Below, piece by piece: positions 46,190 to 54,965 of a stretch of 64,000 bases of DNA. The notes under the pieces were generated by a model. It did no database searches and was not told where the DNA came from. It worked only from the letters and a program-made list of their open reading frames with translations. The translations under genes were made by a program, and so were the position numbers. Each line of letters opens with the position of its first letter. The first letter of the stretch is position 1. Source of the DNA: a virus (Duplodnaviria > Caudoviricetes); the IMG/VR virus record IMGVR_UViG_637000224_000001, positions 1 to 64,000 of that record. The stretch is one strand, 5' to 3'.

Positions 46190-46480
46190 ATGGCTCGAAC
46201 CAAATACACAGTTGAAAAGGTTCTGTATTTCGCCAATCAGAAAAGCGCGCTCCACGTCGGACCGAACGAAGAGAAGATCGATTCGGACCTATACCGGACG
46301 GTTCAAGCTCTCGTTGAGAAAGGCGACATTCACCTGTGTGGGACAGACGACTCTGGCGAGTATTTCAAAACCACCAAGTCAGGCGAAATTCATCTTCTGA
46401 AATTGCAGATCGCATGGCGCAAATCTCATCAGAAAGACGTCGCCGACCACCAGGCGGCACTTACCTTGCTCACCGCATAG
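46190..46480 (+). CDS. Early hypothetical protein
   Basis: AAGGAG RBS; MARTKYTVEKVLYF. Confidence 0.65.
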   Translation: MARTKYTVEKVLYFANQKSALHVGPNEEKIDSDLYRTVQALVEKGDIHLCGTDDSGEYFKTTKSGEIHLLKLQIAWRKSHQKDVADHQAALTLLTA

Positions 46481-46500
46481 CCCAGCCCCTGGAGACGACC

Positions 46501-46908
46501 ATGAACGCAGCAGCAAAGGTGTTGCCTCTTGCGGGCGCGTCAGTAAAGCAACTGACGCCCGCCGAACGATTTTGGGTTGCCAACAGTGCGCACGCTCTGC
46601 TCCACGGAGACGACATCAAGTTCAAGCGACGCCTGCAGGAGCCCCAAGGCGTCACGTTCGAACGCTTCCTGATTGCTGTCGATGAGTTCGCCATGGAGAA
46701 GCTCGGCGCATCTGGTGCGAGCCAGTCAGCGCTGGGGCGACTGGTCTACATGGCCAAGTTCGGTTCGCCCGCCTGCGCCAGAGAGGCCGCAGACGCCGTG
46801 TTGAACTGCCCCAACCCCAAAGACGCTCTGTTCGAAATCGCAGAGGGACTTTTGCGGCCTTTGGCGGCAGACGGAGTGATCGCCCAGCGCGAGGATGGAG
46901 AACTGTGA
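46501..46908 (+). CDS. Early hypothetical protein
   Basis: GGAG RBS; MNAAAKVLPL. Confidence 0.7.
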   Translation: MNAAAKVLPLAGASVKQLTPAERFWVANSAHALLHGDDIKFKRRLQEPQGVTFERFLIAVDEFAMEKLGASGASQSALGRLVYMAKFGSPACAREAADAVLNCPNPKDALFEIAEGLLRPLAADGVIAQREDGEL

Positions 46909-47096
46909 GCCCGCACATCCTGATCGACGAGGCGCTCGAAACCCTCAAGCACCCCGCCAGCACACGCGGCGAGGTTGTTCTGGTCCAGCGCATGATCACC
47001 AAGATGATGACCGACGAGCTCATCACCCTTGAAGAGTTTTCCCACTACTGCAGTCGCCTGCTGAGGCACTGCCAACAGCGCAAGGAGGCGGCATGA
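46905..47096 (+). CDS. Early hypothetical protein
   Basis: MSPHILIDEALE; overlapping coupling. Confidence 0.7.
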   Translation: MSPHILIDEALETLKHPASTRGEVVLVQRMITKMMTDELITLEEFSHYCSRLLRHCQQRKEAA

Positions 47097-47263
47097 GCCA
47101 GCCAATCGTTAAATCCCTCATCGATGAGCAACTTGACGAGGTGAAAGCCCGCGCCCAGGTTCGGGGAACGATCACCTATCCAGTCGGCATGCGAGTTGCT
47201 GACCTGCCCTACCCGATCAAAGCTGACTGGCTCAAGCGTCGGCCGGTGGGTGCACGGTTATGA
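47093..47263 (+). CDS. 56-aa early protein (not in ORF track)
   Basis: AGGAGG RBS, ATGA overlap; MSQPIVKSLIDEQL. Confidence 0.65.
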   Translation: MSQPIVKSLIDEQLDEVKARAQVRGTITYPVGMRVADLPYPIKADWLKRRPVGARL

Positions 47264-47376
47264 CCCGCAAGCAACGTCAGTTGCGCATCTACACCTGGCG
47301 AGGCTCATTCGTCGCTCTGGCCCTCGCAACCGCTTGGATGCTTGCCAGCGCCTACGCATCGCACATCACTCAGTAA
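47260..47376 (+). CDS. 38-aa membrane peptide (not in ORF track)
   Basis: ATGA overlap; MTRKQRQLRIYTWRGSFVALALATAWMLASAYA. Confidence 0.55.
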   Translation: MTRKQRQLRIYTWRGSFVALALATAWMLASAYASHITQ

Positions 47377-47425
47377 GCCCATTTTTATCCAATCGCAGCG
47401 CCCGCATGGAGCGCGAGGATTTCCT

Positions 47426-48313
47426 ATGTCCGCAAGAAACGTTGCGTCCGTATCGCACGATCAAAATTTGCATGTGCTTCCGCATGCGGCCACCTCGACC
47501 AGCGCCTTGGTCCTAGACGGCGACAGCCTGGACAAGATGATGCGCCTGGCCGAGGTCATGGCGACCGGGCGAGCAACTCTGCCGAAGCACTTCAACGGCA
47601 ACTCCGCCGATTGCCTGGCCGTCGTCATGCAGGCCATGCAGTGGAGGATGAACCCGTTTGCCGTCGCACAGAAAACCCATCTGGTGAATGGCGTGCTCGG
47701 TTACGAGGCGCAGCTGGTCAACGCCGTGATTACAACCTGCGCACCTGTCGTGGATCGCTTGCACTACGAGTGGTACGGCAACTGGGAAAAGGTCATCGGC
47801 AAGTTTGTGATCAAAAACAGCGACAAGGGTGAGTACCGGCAGCCAGGCTGGAAGCTTGCCGACGAGGAAGGCCTGGGCGTGAAGGTTTGGGCGACATTCC
47901 GCGGAGAAGACGAGCCCAGGGTGTTGGAGCTGCTACTGGCCCAGGCGCGTACACGCAACAGCACGCTCTGGGCCGACGATCCTCGCCAGCAGCTCGCGTA
48001 CCTGGCAACCAAACGCTGGTCCCGCCTCTACTGCCCGGACGTGATTCTGGGGGTTTACAGCCCAGATGAGCTGGAGGAAAGCACCCCTCGGTACCGTGAT
48101 GTTTCCCCACAGCCGGAGCAGCAAGGGTCCGAGCTTCCCGCCTACGAGGACGAAAAGTTCAAAACGATGTTTCCCAAATGGCAGGAGGGAATCGACACCG
48201 GAAAGACCGACACCGAAAGCCTGATCGCCTTCTTGGAATCGAAATACACCCTCAGTGCCGATCAGATCGACCGAATCAACCAGATGGCTCCTATCGCCGG
48301 AGAAACCGCATGA
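47426..48313 (+). CDS. recT: RecT-family single-strand annealing protein
   Basis: DCLAVVMQAMQWRMNPFAVAQKT, QQLAYLATKRWSRLYCPDVILG. Confidence 0.85.
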   Translation: MSARNVASVSHDQNLHVLPHAATSTSALVLDGDSLDKMMRLAEVMATGRATLPKHFNGNSADCLAVVMQAMQWRMNPFAVAQKTHLVNGVLGYEAQLVNAVITTCAPVVDRLHYEWYGNWEKVIGKFVIKNSDKGEYRQPGWKLADEEGLGVKVWATFRGEDEPRVLELLLAQARTRNSTLWADDPRQQLAYLATKRWSRLYCPDVILGVYSPDELEESTPRYRDVSPQPEQQGSELPAYEDEKFKTMFPKWQEGIDTGKTDTESLIAFLESKYTLSADQIDRINQMAPIAGETA

Positions 48314-49971
48314 AGACGCATAAAGTCACCCAGGGCAGTGCCGAATGGCACGCGCTCCGCGCCAACTATCGCACCGCGTCTGAAGCACCGGTTATGATGG
48401 GCGCATCCAAGCAGATGAAGCGCACCGAGCTGCTTCATGCCAAGAAGACCGGGCTCGACCGGGACATTTCGTGGTGGGTCCAGAAGTACTTGTTCGACAA
48501 GGGTCACGAAGCCGAAGCGCTGGCGCGACCAATTCTCGAAGGTCGAATCGGCGAAGACCTGTTCCCGGTTGTGGGCACCGAAGGTGACCTGCTGGCCTCC
48601 CTCGACGGCTGCACAATGATGGGCGAGATCGTTTTCGAGCACAAAATGTGGAACGAGCAGCTCGCCGCCGACGTGCGTGCGGGCGATCTGGATGCGCATT
48701 ACTACTGGCAGCTGGAGCAGCAACTGCTGGTGTCAGGTGCTGAGAAAGTGATTTTCGTTTGCTCGGACGGGACCGAAGACAACTTCGTCTCGATGGAGTA
48801 CTTCCCGGTGAACGGTCGGGCGGCGAAACTGGTCGCCGGCTGGAAACAGTTCGAAGTCGACCTTGAAGCGTATGAGCCAACTGAGGCCGTGGTGGAGGCA
48901 GTTGGGAAGACTCCGGACGCGCTGCCAGCGCTGCGCATCGAAGTAACCGGAATGGTCACTGCGAGCAACCTGGAGCAGTTCAAGGCCCATTCGCTGGCCG
49001 TGTTTTCGGCGATCAACACTGACCTGCAGACCGACCAGCACTTCGCTGATGCAGAGAAAACAGTGAAGTGGTGTGGCGAGGTCGAGGAGCGCCTGGAAGC
49101 AGCCAAGCAACATGCGCTGAGCCAGACGGAAACCATCGACGCCCTCTTCCGCACCATCGACGAAATATCGGAGCAGGCCCGTCGCAAACGGCTTGAGCTG
49201 GACAAACTGGTGAAAGCTCGCAAGGTGGCCATTCGCGAAGAGATCGTTCTGAAAGCGAAAGCAGCGCTGCGTGATCATCTGGACAAGATCAACACCTCGT
49301 TCGGCGGCAAGGTGCGGCTGCCGGAGATCCCCGCGGACTTCGCCGGCGCGATCAAAGGCAAAAAAAATATCGCCAGTCTGCGTGACGCCGCCGACTCTGA
49401 ACTGGCCCGGGCCAAGATCGAGGCCAGCCAGATCGGCGACGGTATCCGCGCCAACTTGGAAAGCTTGCGCTCGCTCGCCGTGGATCATGCGTTTCTGTTC
49501 AACGATGCTCAGCAGATCGTGCTCAAGAACAATGACGACCTGGTGGCCCTCATCAAGGTGCGGATCAACGAGCACAAGCAGGCCGAGGAAGCGAAAGAGC
49601 TGGCGCAGCGTGAACGTATTCGTGCTGAAGAATCAGCGAAGCTTGCGGCTGCCGCCGAAGCGGAACAAGTTGCCGAAGCGGAAAAGGCAACAGCCAACGC
49701 GCCCGCGCCGCAAGCTGCTGAGGCATCCAAACCAGTCGAACAACCAGCTCCGAGAATGTCGGCCGTCACCCCATCTGCGAAGGTGCCGCCCAAGCCTACA
49801 AAGCTCGAAGCGAACGTCACCGACCTTCATGCGCTGGTAAAAGCCGTCTACGAAGGTCGTGCGCCGATATCGGTCCTCACAGTGAACTGGGGCGCGCTGG
49901 ACGACCTTGTCCACATTCAAGGCGCTGACTTCCAAATGGACGGAGTAACCATCACGCAGGTGGCAGCATGA
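48310..49971 (+). CDS. YqaJ-like viral recombinase exonuclease with long helical C-terminus
   Basis: QGSAEWHALR, TASEAP, LLASLDG, FEHK, YYWQLEQQL. Confidence 0.9.
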   Translation: MKTHKVTQGSAEWHALRANYRTASEAPVMMGASKQMKRTELLHAKKTGLDRDISWWVQKYLFDKGHEAEALARPILEGRIGEDLFPVVGTEGDLLASLDGCTMMGEIVFEHKMWNEQLAADVRAGDLDAHYYWQLEQQLLVSGAEKVIFVCSDGTEDNFVSMEYFPVNGRAAKLVAGWKQFEVDLEAYEPTEAVVEAVGKTPDALPALRIEVTGMVTASNLEQFKAHSLAVFSAINTDLQTDQHFADAEKTVKWCGEVEERLEAAKQHALSQTETIDALFRTIDEISEQARRKRLELDKLVKARKVAIREEIVLKAKAALRDHLDKINTSFGGKVRLPEIPADFAGAIKGKKNIASLRDAADSELARAKIEASQIGDGIRANLESLRSLAVDHAFLFNDAQQIVLKNNDDLVALIKVRINEHKQAEEAKELAQRERIRAEESAKLAAAAEAEQVAEAEKATANAPAPQAAEASKPVEQPAPRMSAVTPSAKVPPKPTKLEANVTDLHALVKAVYEGRAPISVLTVNWGALDDLVHIQGADFQMDGVTITQVAA

Positions 49972-50330
49972 TGACTACCGAGCTGAGCGCCATCCTGCGC
50001 AACAGTGCCAAATCATCCGAGCTGGCCGCCGCGGTTAGAGAATTCCAGCGCAGCGGTGGCACGGTATGCGACCTTGGCTCATGCAGGATCGCGCCCCGCC
50101 CACCTCGTAAAGAGCCGCCGCCCCGGCAGACACGTTACAACGGTGCGGATCACCGGAAATATGTCGAGGAAGAGGAAGACCTGAAACTGCTTGAGCGCAT
50201 CAAGGCGATGCGCGATCTGGGCGTCAGCCACTTCCAGGCCGAGAAGCAGACCGGGATCAATCGAACCACCATCAGGCGGATCGTTCAGAAGTACGGCATG
50301 GACTACCCCAGCAGCAGCCGGGCGAAATGA
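49968..50330 (+). CDS. Early hypothetical protein with C-terminal HTH-like segment
   Basis: LAAAVREFQRSGG; GVSHFQAEKQTGINRTTIRRI. Confidence 0.7.
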   Translation: MMTTELSAILRNSAKSSELAAAVREFQRSGGTVCDLGSCRIAPRPPRKEPPPRQTRYNGADHRKYVEEEEDLKLLERIKAMRDLGVSHFQAEKQTGINRTTIRRIVQKYGMDYPSSSRAK

Positions 50331-50411
50331 AGCGCCTGCAAATGCGCGTCCGCCACGGCAGACGCCAGCAACACATTCACTTGCCGCCCAGCGGCTACAC
50401 GGAGCTGATAA

Positions 50412-50795
50412 ATGGCCCTGACCCAGAAACAGCGGGACGAGAGGACGGCGCTCAAGCGGCAGAAGGCCGGGGAAGAGGAATTGCGGCTCAGGGTGCGGCC
50501 CGGAACGAAGCAGGCCCTGAGTGAGCTGATGGAGTGGGCAGGCATCGAGGAGCAGGGAGAGGCGCTGACCCTGATGATTCACCACCTGCATGCGCTGGGG
50601 CCTGGCGGCGCGCTGCCCATGCTTGAGGTTCCGCGCCACGAAATCACAGTGTCGAATATCGTGGCGTTGGAGTTTCACCGCAAGAGCATGCTGATGATTC
50701 ATCAGGATCCGGGGTGTGAAATCATTTCGCCAGCAATGGAAGCAAATCGCCTTTGTAGCGATGCACATTCAATGCTCCATGATGGCGAACATTGA
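50412..50795 (+). CDS. Early hypothetical protein
   Basis: MALTQKQRDERT..ELRLRVRPGTKQAL. Confidence 0.7.
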   Translation: MALTQKQRDERTALKRQKAGEEELRLRVRPGTKQALSELMEWAGIEEQGEALTLMIHHLHALGPGGALPMLEVPRHEITVSNIVALEFHRKSMLMIHQDPGCEIISPAMEANRLCSDAHSMLHDGEH

Positions 50796-51015
50796 TACAG
50801 CCCGCTGGTACCATAAATATCCGTCCTTTCTCATTAAAGAGACCACCTTCGATCAGAGATCTAAGCGTCTTTTCATCAATGCCCTCAAATGATTTGTTAT
50901 CGGCCTCAAGTGTGAAGCTAAAGAGCCCTTTCTTCGGCCCTCTCTGAAACTTGTATGGATGGCAGACCAAGCCAGCCTCGTTGAGGCCGATCACATCCTC
51001 AATGACTTCAAGCAT
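50722..51015 (-). CDS. Moron, hypothetical protein
   Basis: AT-rich 97-aa antisense ORF. Confidence 0.55.
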   Translation of the reverse strand: MLEVIEDVIGLNEAGLVCHPYKFQRGPKKGLFSFTLEADNKSFEGIDEKTLRSLIEGGLFNEKGRIFMVPAGCINVRHHGALNVHRYKGDLLPLLAK

Positions 51016-51322
51016 TTTTAAATCCTCAAGACCCCATGCCGGTCACCCGTAATACCCCATCCCCAGCCAATTTGCCACCGCCGGATACGGAGACGGCGAA
51101 TGCAATGGAGATTGACATCAAGTTCGAAGAAAGCGTCATCACAAAGTTGTTGATATCTGGCGCCCTCTACCTAGATCCCGTAACGTTTTACTTTAAGGCT
51201 TCAATCGTCTTAAATGGACGACTGAGTATGCCTCGGCTAAAAGTTGCAGTCACCGGCCAAGATGACGGCTAGCACGCGCGACAAAAGAGCTGAGTGCTTG
51301 CTATAAATCAGCCAAATCTATA

Positions 51323-52105
51323 TCAACGTTTAAAGTCTGGTATGACGAGCCTATAATGCCGATCATGCATTTTAGCCTTATAAAGTTCGACGCGCGCATT
51401 CCACTTCTTATTGAATGCCTTTACAGCATTTTTAAGCAACTTAAGATGAGCATCAGATATATTCACCCCTGCAATGACACTTTTTAGAATTCTAGGCTCA
51501 AATTCTTGAGCACTAGCACCGTTAACAAAATCAATTACGCGCTCTTCCTCTTCATAACTCCACTCCGTACTTTTTGCCATGAATATCTTTTCTACTTCGT
51601 CCTCCATACGGTCAGACCACATATTAACTGTAGGTCTTTCAGTACTATACCGTACAGGAAAAGAGACCAGATGAGAGTCATCTCTAGAACTTTTATCACG
51701 CGGAAGCCAATCTTGCTGAAAAAATTCTACAACGAACCCCGTATGATGCTTAGCATAGTGGGCCCACATCAACACATGCCAAGGAGACCTCGACAATGAA
51801 AGAACGCCCACATTTCTCATTGATTTAGCTTGAAAGGTTCCATCTTTAAATGCGGACTCAATCCGATTCAGCCCCTCCTGTTTTCTCTTGATTTTATCTG
51901 CGGGACTACCCGATCCATCTGCAAACCTAAATAGATCAGGACGACTCTTGATCGGATCCCGATTTGTCACGTAGCAGGGATTACAATCGAAAGGGTCGTT
52001 GAAAGCAGATGGCGCTGAAAACTTTATTTTATTTTCAGTTAATATTTTCAAAACATTCAACTCTTCGTCGAATGCTACATACTTATATAAATATTTACCT
52101 GACAC
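51323..52105 (-). CDS. DUF2971-family protein
   Basis: LYKY, FNDPFDC, VLSLS, MWAHYAKHHTGFVVEF, KSTEWSYEEEER. Confidence 0.85.
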   Translation of the reverse strand: MSGKYLYKYVAFDEELNVLKILTENKIKFSAPSAFNDPFDCNPCYVTNRDPIKSRPDLFRFADGSGSPADKIKRKQEGLNRIESAFKDGTFQAKSMRNVGVLSLSRSPWHVLMWAHYAKHHTGFVVEFFQQDWLPRDKSSRDDSHLVSFPVRYSTERPTVNMWSDRMEDEVEKIFMAKSTEWSYEEEERVIDFVNGASAQEFEPRILKSVIAGVNISDAHLKLLKNAVKAFNKKWNARVELYKAKMHDRHYRLVIPDFKR

Positions 52106-52201
52106 GCTCCAGCCTCCTGACGTTGATCTCCTGATTTAAACGTACATCCAGTCAAATTGCCACTATCCGATTCGACTTGTGGCGCAAACTTGGAATTCGA
52201 T

Positions 52202-53323
52202 ATGAGCCAGCTCCACCAGATACTGGTAGGCGACTGCATCGACATGATGCGCACGCTGCCAGATGAAAGCGTGCATACGTGCGTGACCAGTCCGCCCTAC
52301 TACGGTCTGCGTGACTACGGCGTCGAGGGCCAGATCGGCCTGGAGGAAACCCCTGCCGAGTTCATCGCTCGGTTGGTCGACGTGTTCCGCGAAGTGCGCA
52401 GGGTGCTACGCGCTGACGGCACGATCTGGGTGAACATGGGAGACAGCTACGCCGGCAGCTGGGGCTCCCAAGGCAGGCCCCAAGGCGATGGCCAGATGTC
52501 CGGGCGTAGCGTTACGTCTGCTCGGCAGATCAATGAGCACCCCAGCTTCAAATCCGGTACCGGTGTACGCGGACGCGAGATGAGCATGAAGCCCAAGGAT
52601 TTAATGGGCATGCCCTGGCGCCTGGCATTCGCCCTGCAGAACGACGGCTGGTATCTGCGGCAGGACATCATCTGGAACAAACCGAACCCGATGCCTGAGA
52701 GCGTGCGGGACCGGTGCACCAAGTCGCATGAATACATCTTCCTGCTGAGCAAATCGAAGAAGTACTACTTCGACCAGACGGCCATTCTCGAACCTTGTTC
52801 CCCGAACACCCATGCCCGTCTGTCTCAGGACGTTCAAGCGCAGATCGGCAGCGAGCGCGCCAACGGCGGAGCTAAGAGCAACGGCAACATGAAGGCGACT
52901 ACGCGGAAGTCAAACGGTGTGGGCTGGGGTCACGGCACAGACGCCGACGACCGCCAGCGCGGTAGGGTCAAAGACAACGAGTCAATGAACTCAGCCTTGG
53001 CGATCATGCCAACCGAGCGGAACAAGCGCAGCGTTTGGACTGTGGCCACACACAGCTTCAAGGGCGCCCACTTCGCCACCTTCCCGCCCGACCTGATCAG
53101 GCCCTGCATCCTTGCCGGTGCGCCGCGCGGTGGCGTGGTCCTGGACCCATTCGGCGGTGCCGGTACCACATCGCTGGTTTCGATGCAGGAAGGACGACGC
53201 TCAGTCATCTGCGAGCTGAACCCAGAATATGCGGCACTCGCCCGCGCCCGGATAGACGCAGCTTGGCTGGATGGCGCTGCTCAGATGGACGTGTTTCGGG
53301 ACTCGGTACACGGGGCGGGATAG
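52202..53323 (+). CDS. DNA N4-C/N6-A methyltransferase (beta class)
   Basis: TSPPYYG, IIWNKPNPMPES, HFATFP, VLDPFGGAGT. Confidence 0.92.
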   Translation: MSQLHQILVGDCIDMMRTLPDESVHTCVTSPPYYGLRDYGVEGQIGLEETPAEFIARLVDVFREVRRVLRADGTIWVNMGDSYAGSWGSQGRPQGDGQMSGRSVTSARQINEHPSFKSGTGVRGREMSMKPKDLMGMPWRLAFALQNDGWYLRQDIIWNKPNPMPESVRDRCTKSHEYIFLLSKSKKYYFDQTAILEPCSPNTHARLSQDVQAQIGSERANGGAKSNGNMKATTRKSNGVGWGHGTDADDRQRGRVKDNESMNSALAIMPTERNKRSVWTVATHSFKGAHFATFPPDLIRPCILAGAPRGGVVLDPFGGAGTTSLVSMQEGRRSVICELNPEYAALARARIDAAWLDGAAQMDVFRDSVHGAG

Positions 53324-53330
53324 CTGATTG

Positions 53331-53978
53331 TCACCATTTTCCATCACGGTTTCTAACCATTGCGAAAGATTTGAATGCCGGTCTTACTTTATAGCACTCG
53401 ATCTTAGATAAGTTGTGGCCCAAAATATCTTGTATTTCCTTGCGACTGATATCTGAAGCAAAACCAACTACGACTTCAGCAAGGCAGATGCTGTCGCTAA
53501 ATGACTCAAAATAAAGACCTGACTCTGGATCGGGTTTTCCTAGAGAGCCGAACAAACGAACTTCCTCTTCGTATCTCCAGTGGTCAAATTTCGTGAGAAA
53601 TGCCTCCTCGACCCTCTGGTCTACTTTCTCTGAGTCCCAAGGACGATCTGGTCTGAAGTCGAGACGCTCGGAGACATAGTTTACAGCTGTAACGAACTTG
53701 TCGGGAATATCAAATCCCAAGCATATTCCGTTGTGCCTACCTGCGTAGTGTGCCCACTGAACCGGGCTGCTCATTGCTCGACTAAAACAGATCATGCCAG
53801 CTTCGGCAGCCGTAGACTTTTTGAATGACCCCATGCGTTTACGAAGTTCACGATTATCTAGAGAGTGACAGAACAGCTCAAAGGGATCATTTACCGAGTC
53901 AAAAGTGGAAACTTTCAACCTGTTTTTTTCGAGAGCTTCGAGTCCGTATTTTTTGTTGAGGAAGTGATAGCAACGCAT
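53331..53978 (-). CDS. DUF2971-family protein (second, divergent)
   Basis: CYHF, VNDPFEL, MICFS, QWAHYAGRHNGICLGF, KFDHWRYEEEVR. Confidence 0.85.
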   Translation of the reverse strand: MRCYHFLNKKYGLEALEKNRLKVSTFDSVNDPFELFCHSLDNRELRKRMGSFKKSTAAEAGMICFSRAMSSPVQWAHYAGRHNGICLGFDIPDKFVTAVNYVSERLDFRPDRPWDSEKVDQRVEEAFLTKFDHWRYEEEVRLFGSLGKPDPESGLYFESFSDSICLAEVVVGFASDISRKEIQDILGHNLSKIECYKVRPAFKSFAMVRNRDGKW

Positions 53979-54063
53979 TTCAAACTCTCCTGACTAAAAA
54001 TATTGTCCTTTACAGACTAATACCCCACTTCAACGGCTCACGCCACCCCGGCGAGGAATCTCC

Positions 54064-54921
54064 ATGTCTCCCTACAAAATGTCCGGGACGACGGTTGTCA
54101 GCTTTTCCGGTGGCCGGACCAGCGCTTACATGCTGCGCCAGGTGCTGGACGCCAACGATGATCTGGACGATCTGATCGTCACGTTCGCCAACACCGGCAA
54201 GGAACACCCCGCCACCCTCGACTTTGTGAACGAGTGCTCACGGCGCTGGCAGGTGCCCATTATCTGGCTGGAGTATCGCGACGATGATCAAGGCTTCGCC
54301 ATTGTCACCTACGAAACCGCCAGCCGCGACGGCGAGCCGTTCGAGGCTCTTATCCGCAAGCGCAGCTATCTGCCCAACCCGGTCACACGGTTCTGCACCA
54401 TTGACCTCAAAATCAGGGTGATCCACAAATATCTGCGGATGGTTGGATGCTCCACTGAGGAAACCCCGGTCGACATGATGACCGGCATCAGGGCAGACGA
54501 GCCACGGCGCGTGGCGAAGATCCGGCACCGCAAGACCACGACAGAGAGCAAGCACGCGACGATGGTGATGCCGCTCGCAGATGCCGGTGTCGGAGTGCAG
54601 CAGATCGGAGAGTTCTGGAAGGCTCAGCCGTTTGATCTGGAACTACCGACGATCAATGGCCGCACCCTGGAAGGCAACTGCGACCTGTGCTTTCTCAAAG
54701 GTGCAAAGCAGGTCTACTCAATCATCGCCAGTGACCGGAGCAAGGCCGACTGGTGGGCTCGGATGGAGCGCACCGCGACCCAGAGTAGCGCCGCCACAAC
54801 TGACGGCGCGCTGTTCCGTTTCGACCGACCGAGCTATCAGCAGATGCTCGATTACTCGGACACCCAGTTCGATATGTTCGCCGACCACGACGAAGCCATA
54901 GCCTGCTTCTGCGGCGACTGA
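54064..54921 (+). CDS. PAPS-reductase-family (PP-loop) protein
   Basis: VSFSGGRTS, FANTGKE, FCTIDLK, GIRADE, GNCDLCF, terminal CFCGD. Confidence 0.85.
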   Translation: MSPYKMSGTTVVSFSGGRTSAYMLRQVLDANDDLDDLIVTFANTGKEHPATLDFVNECSRRWQVPIIWLEYRDDDQGFAIVTYETASRDGEPFEALIRKRSYLPNPVTRFCTIDLKIRVIHKYLRMVGCSTEETPVDMMTGIRADEPRRVAKIRHRKTTTESKHATMVMPLADAGVGVQQIGEFWKAQPFDLELPTINGRTLEGNCDLCFLKGAKQVYSIIASDRSKADWWARMERTATQSSAATTDGALFRFDRPSYQQMLDYSDTQFDMFADHDEAIACFCGD

Positions 54922-54965
54922 CCCCAAACTTCAACAACTTCACGCCGCCTCGGCGAGGATGAACT

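Noticed and set aside
51036-51272. 78-aa plus-strand ORF
   Set aside because: Begins in intergenic leader-like sequence and runs into AT-rich insert DNA; more likely a disrupted gene start
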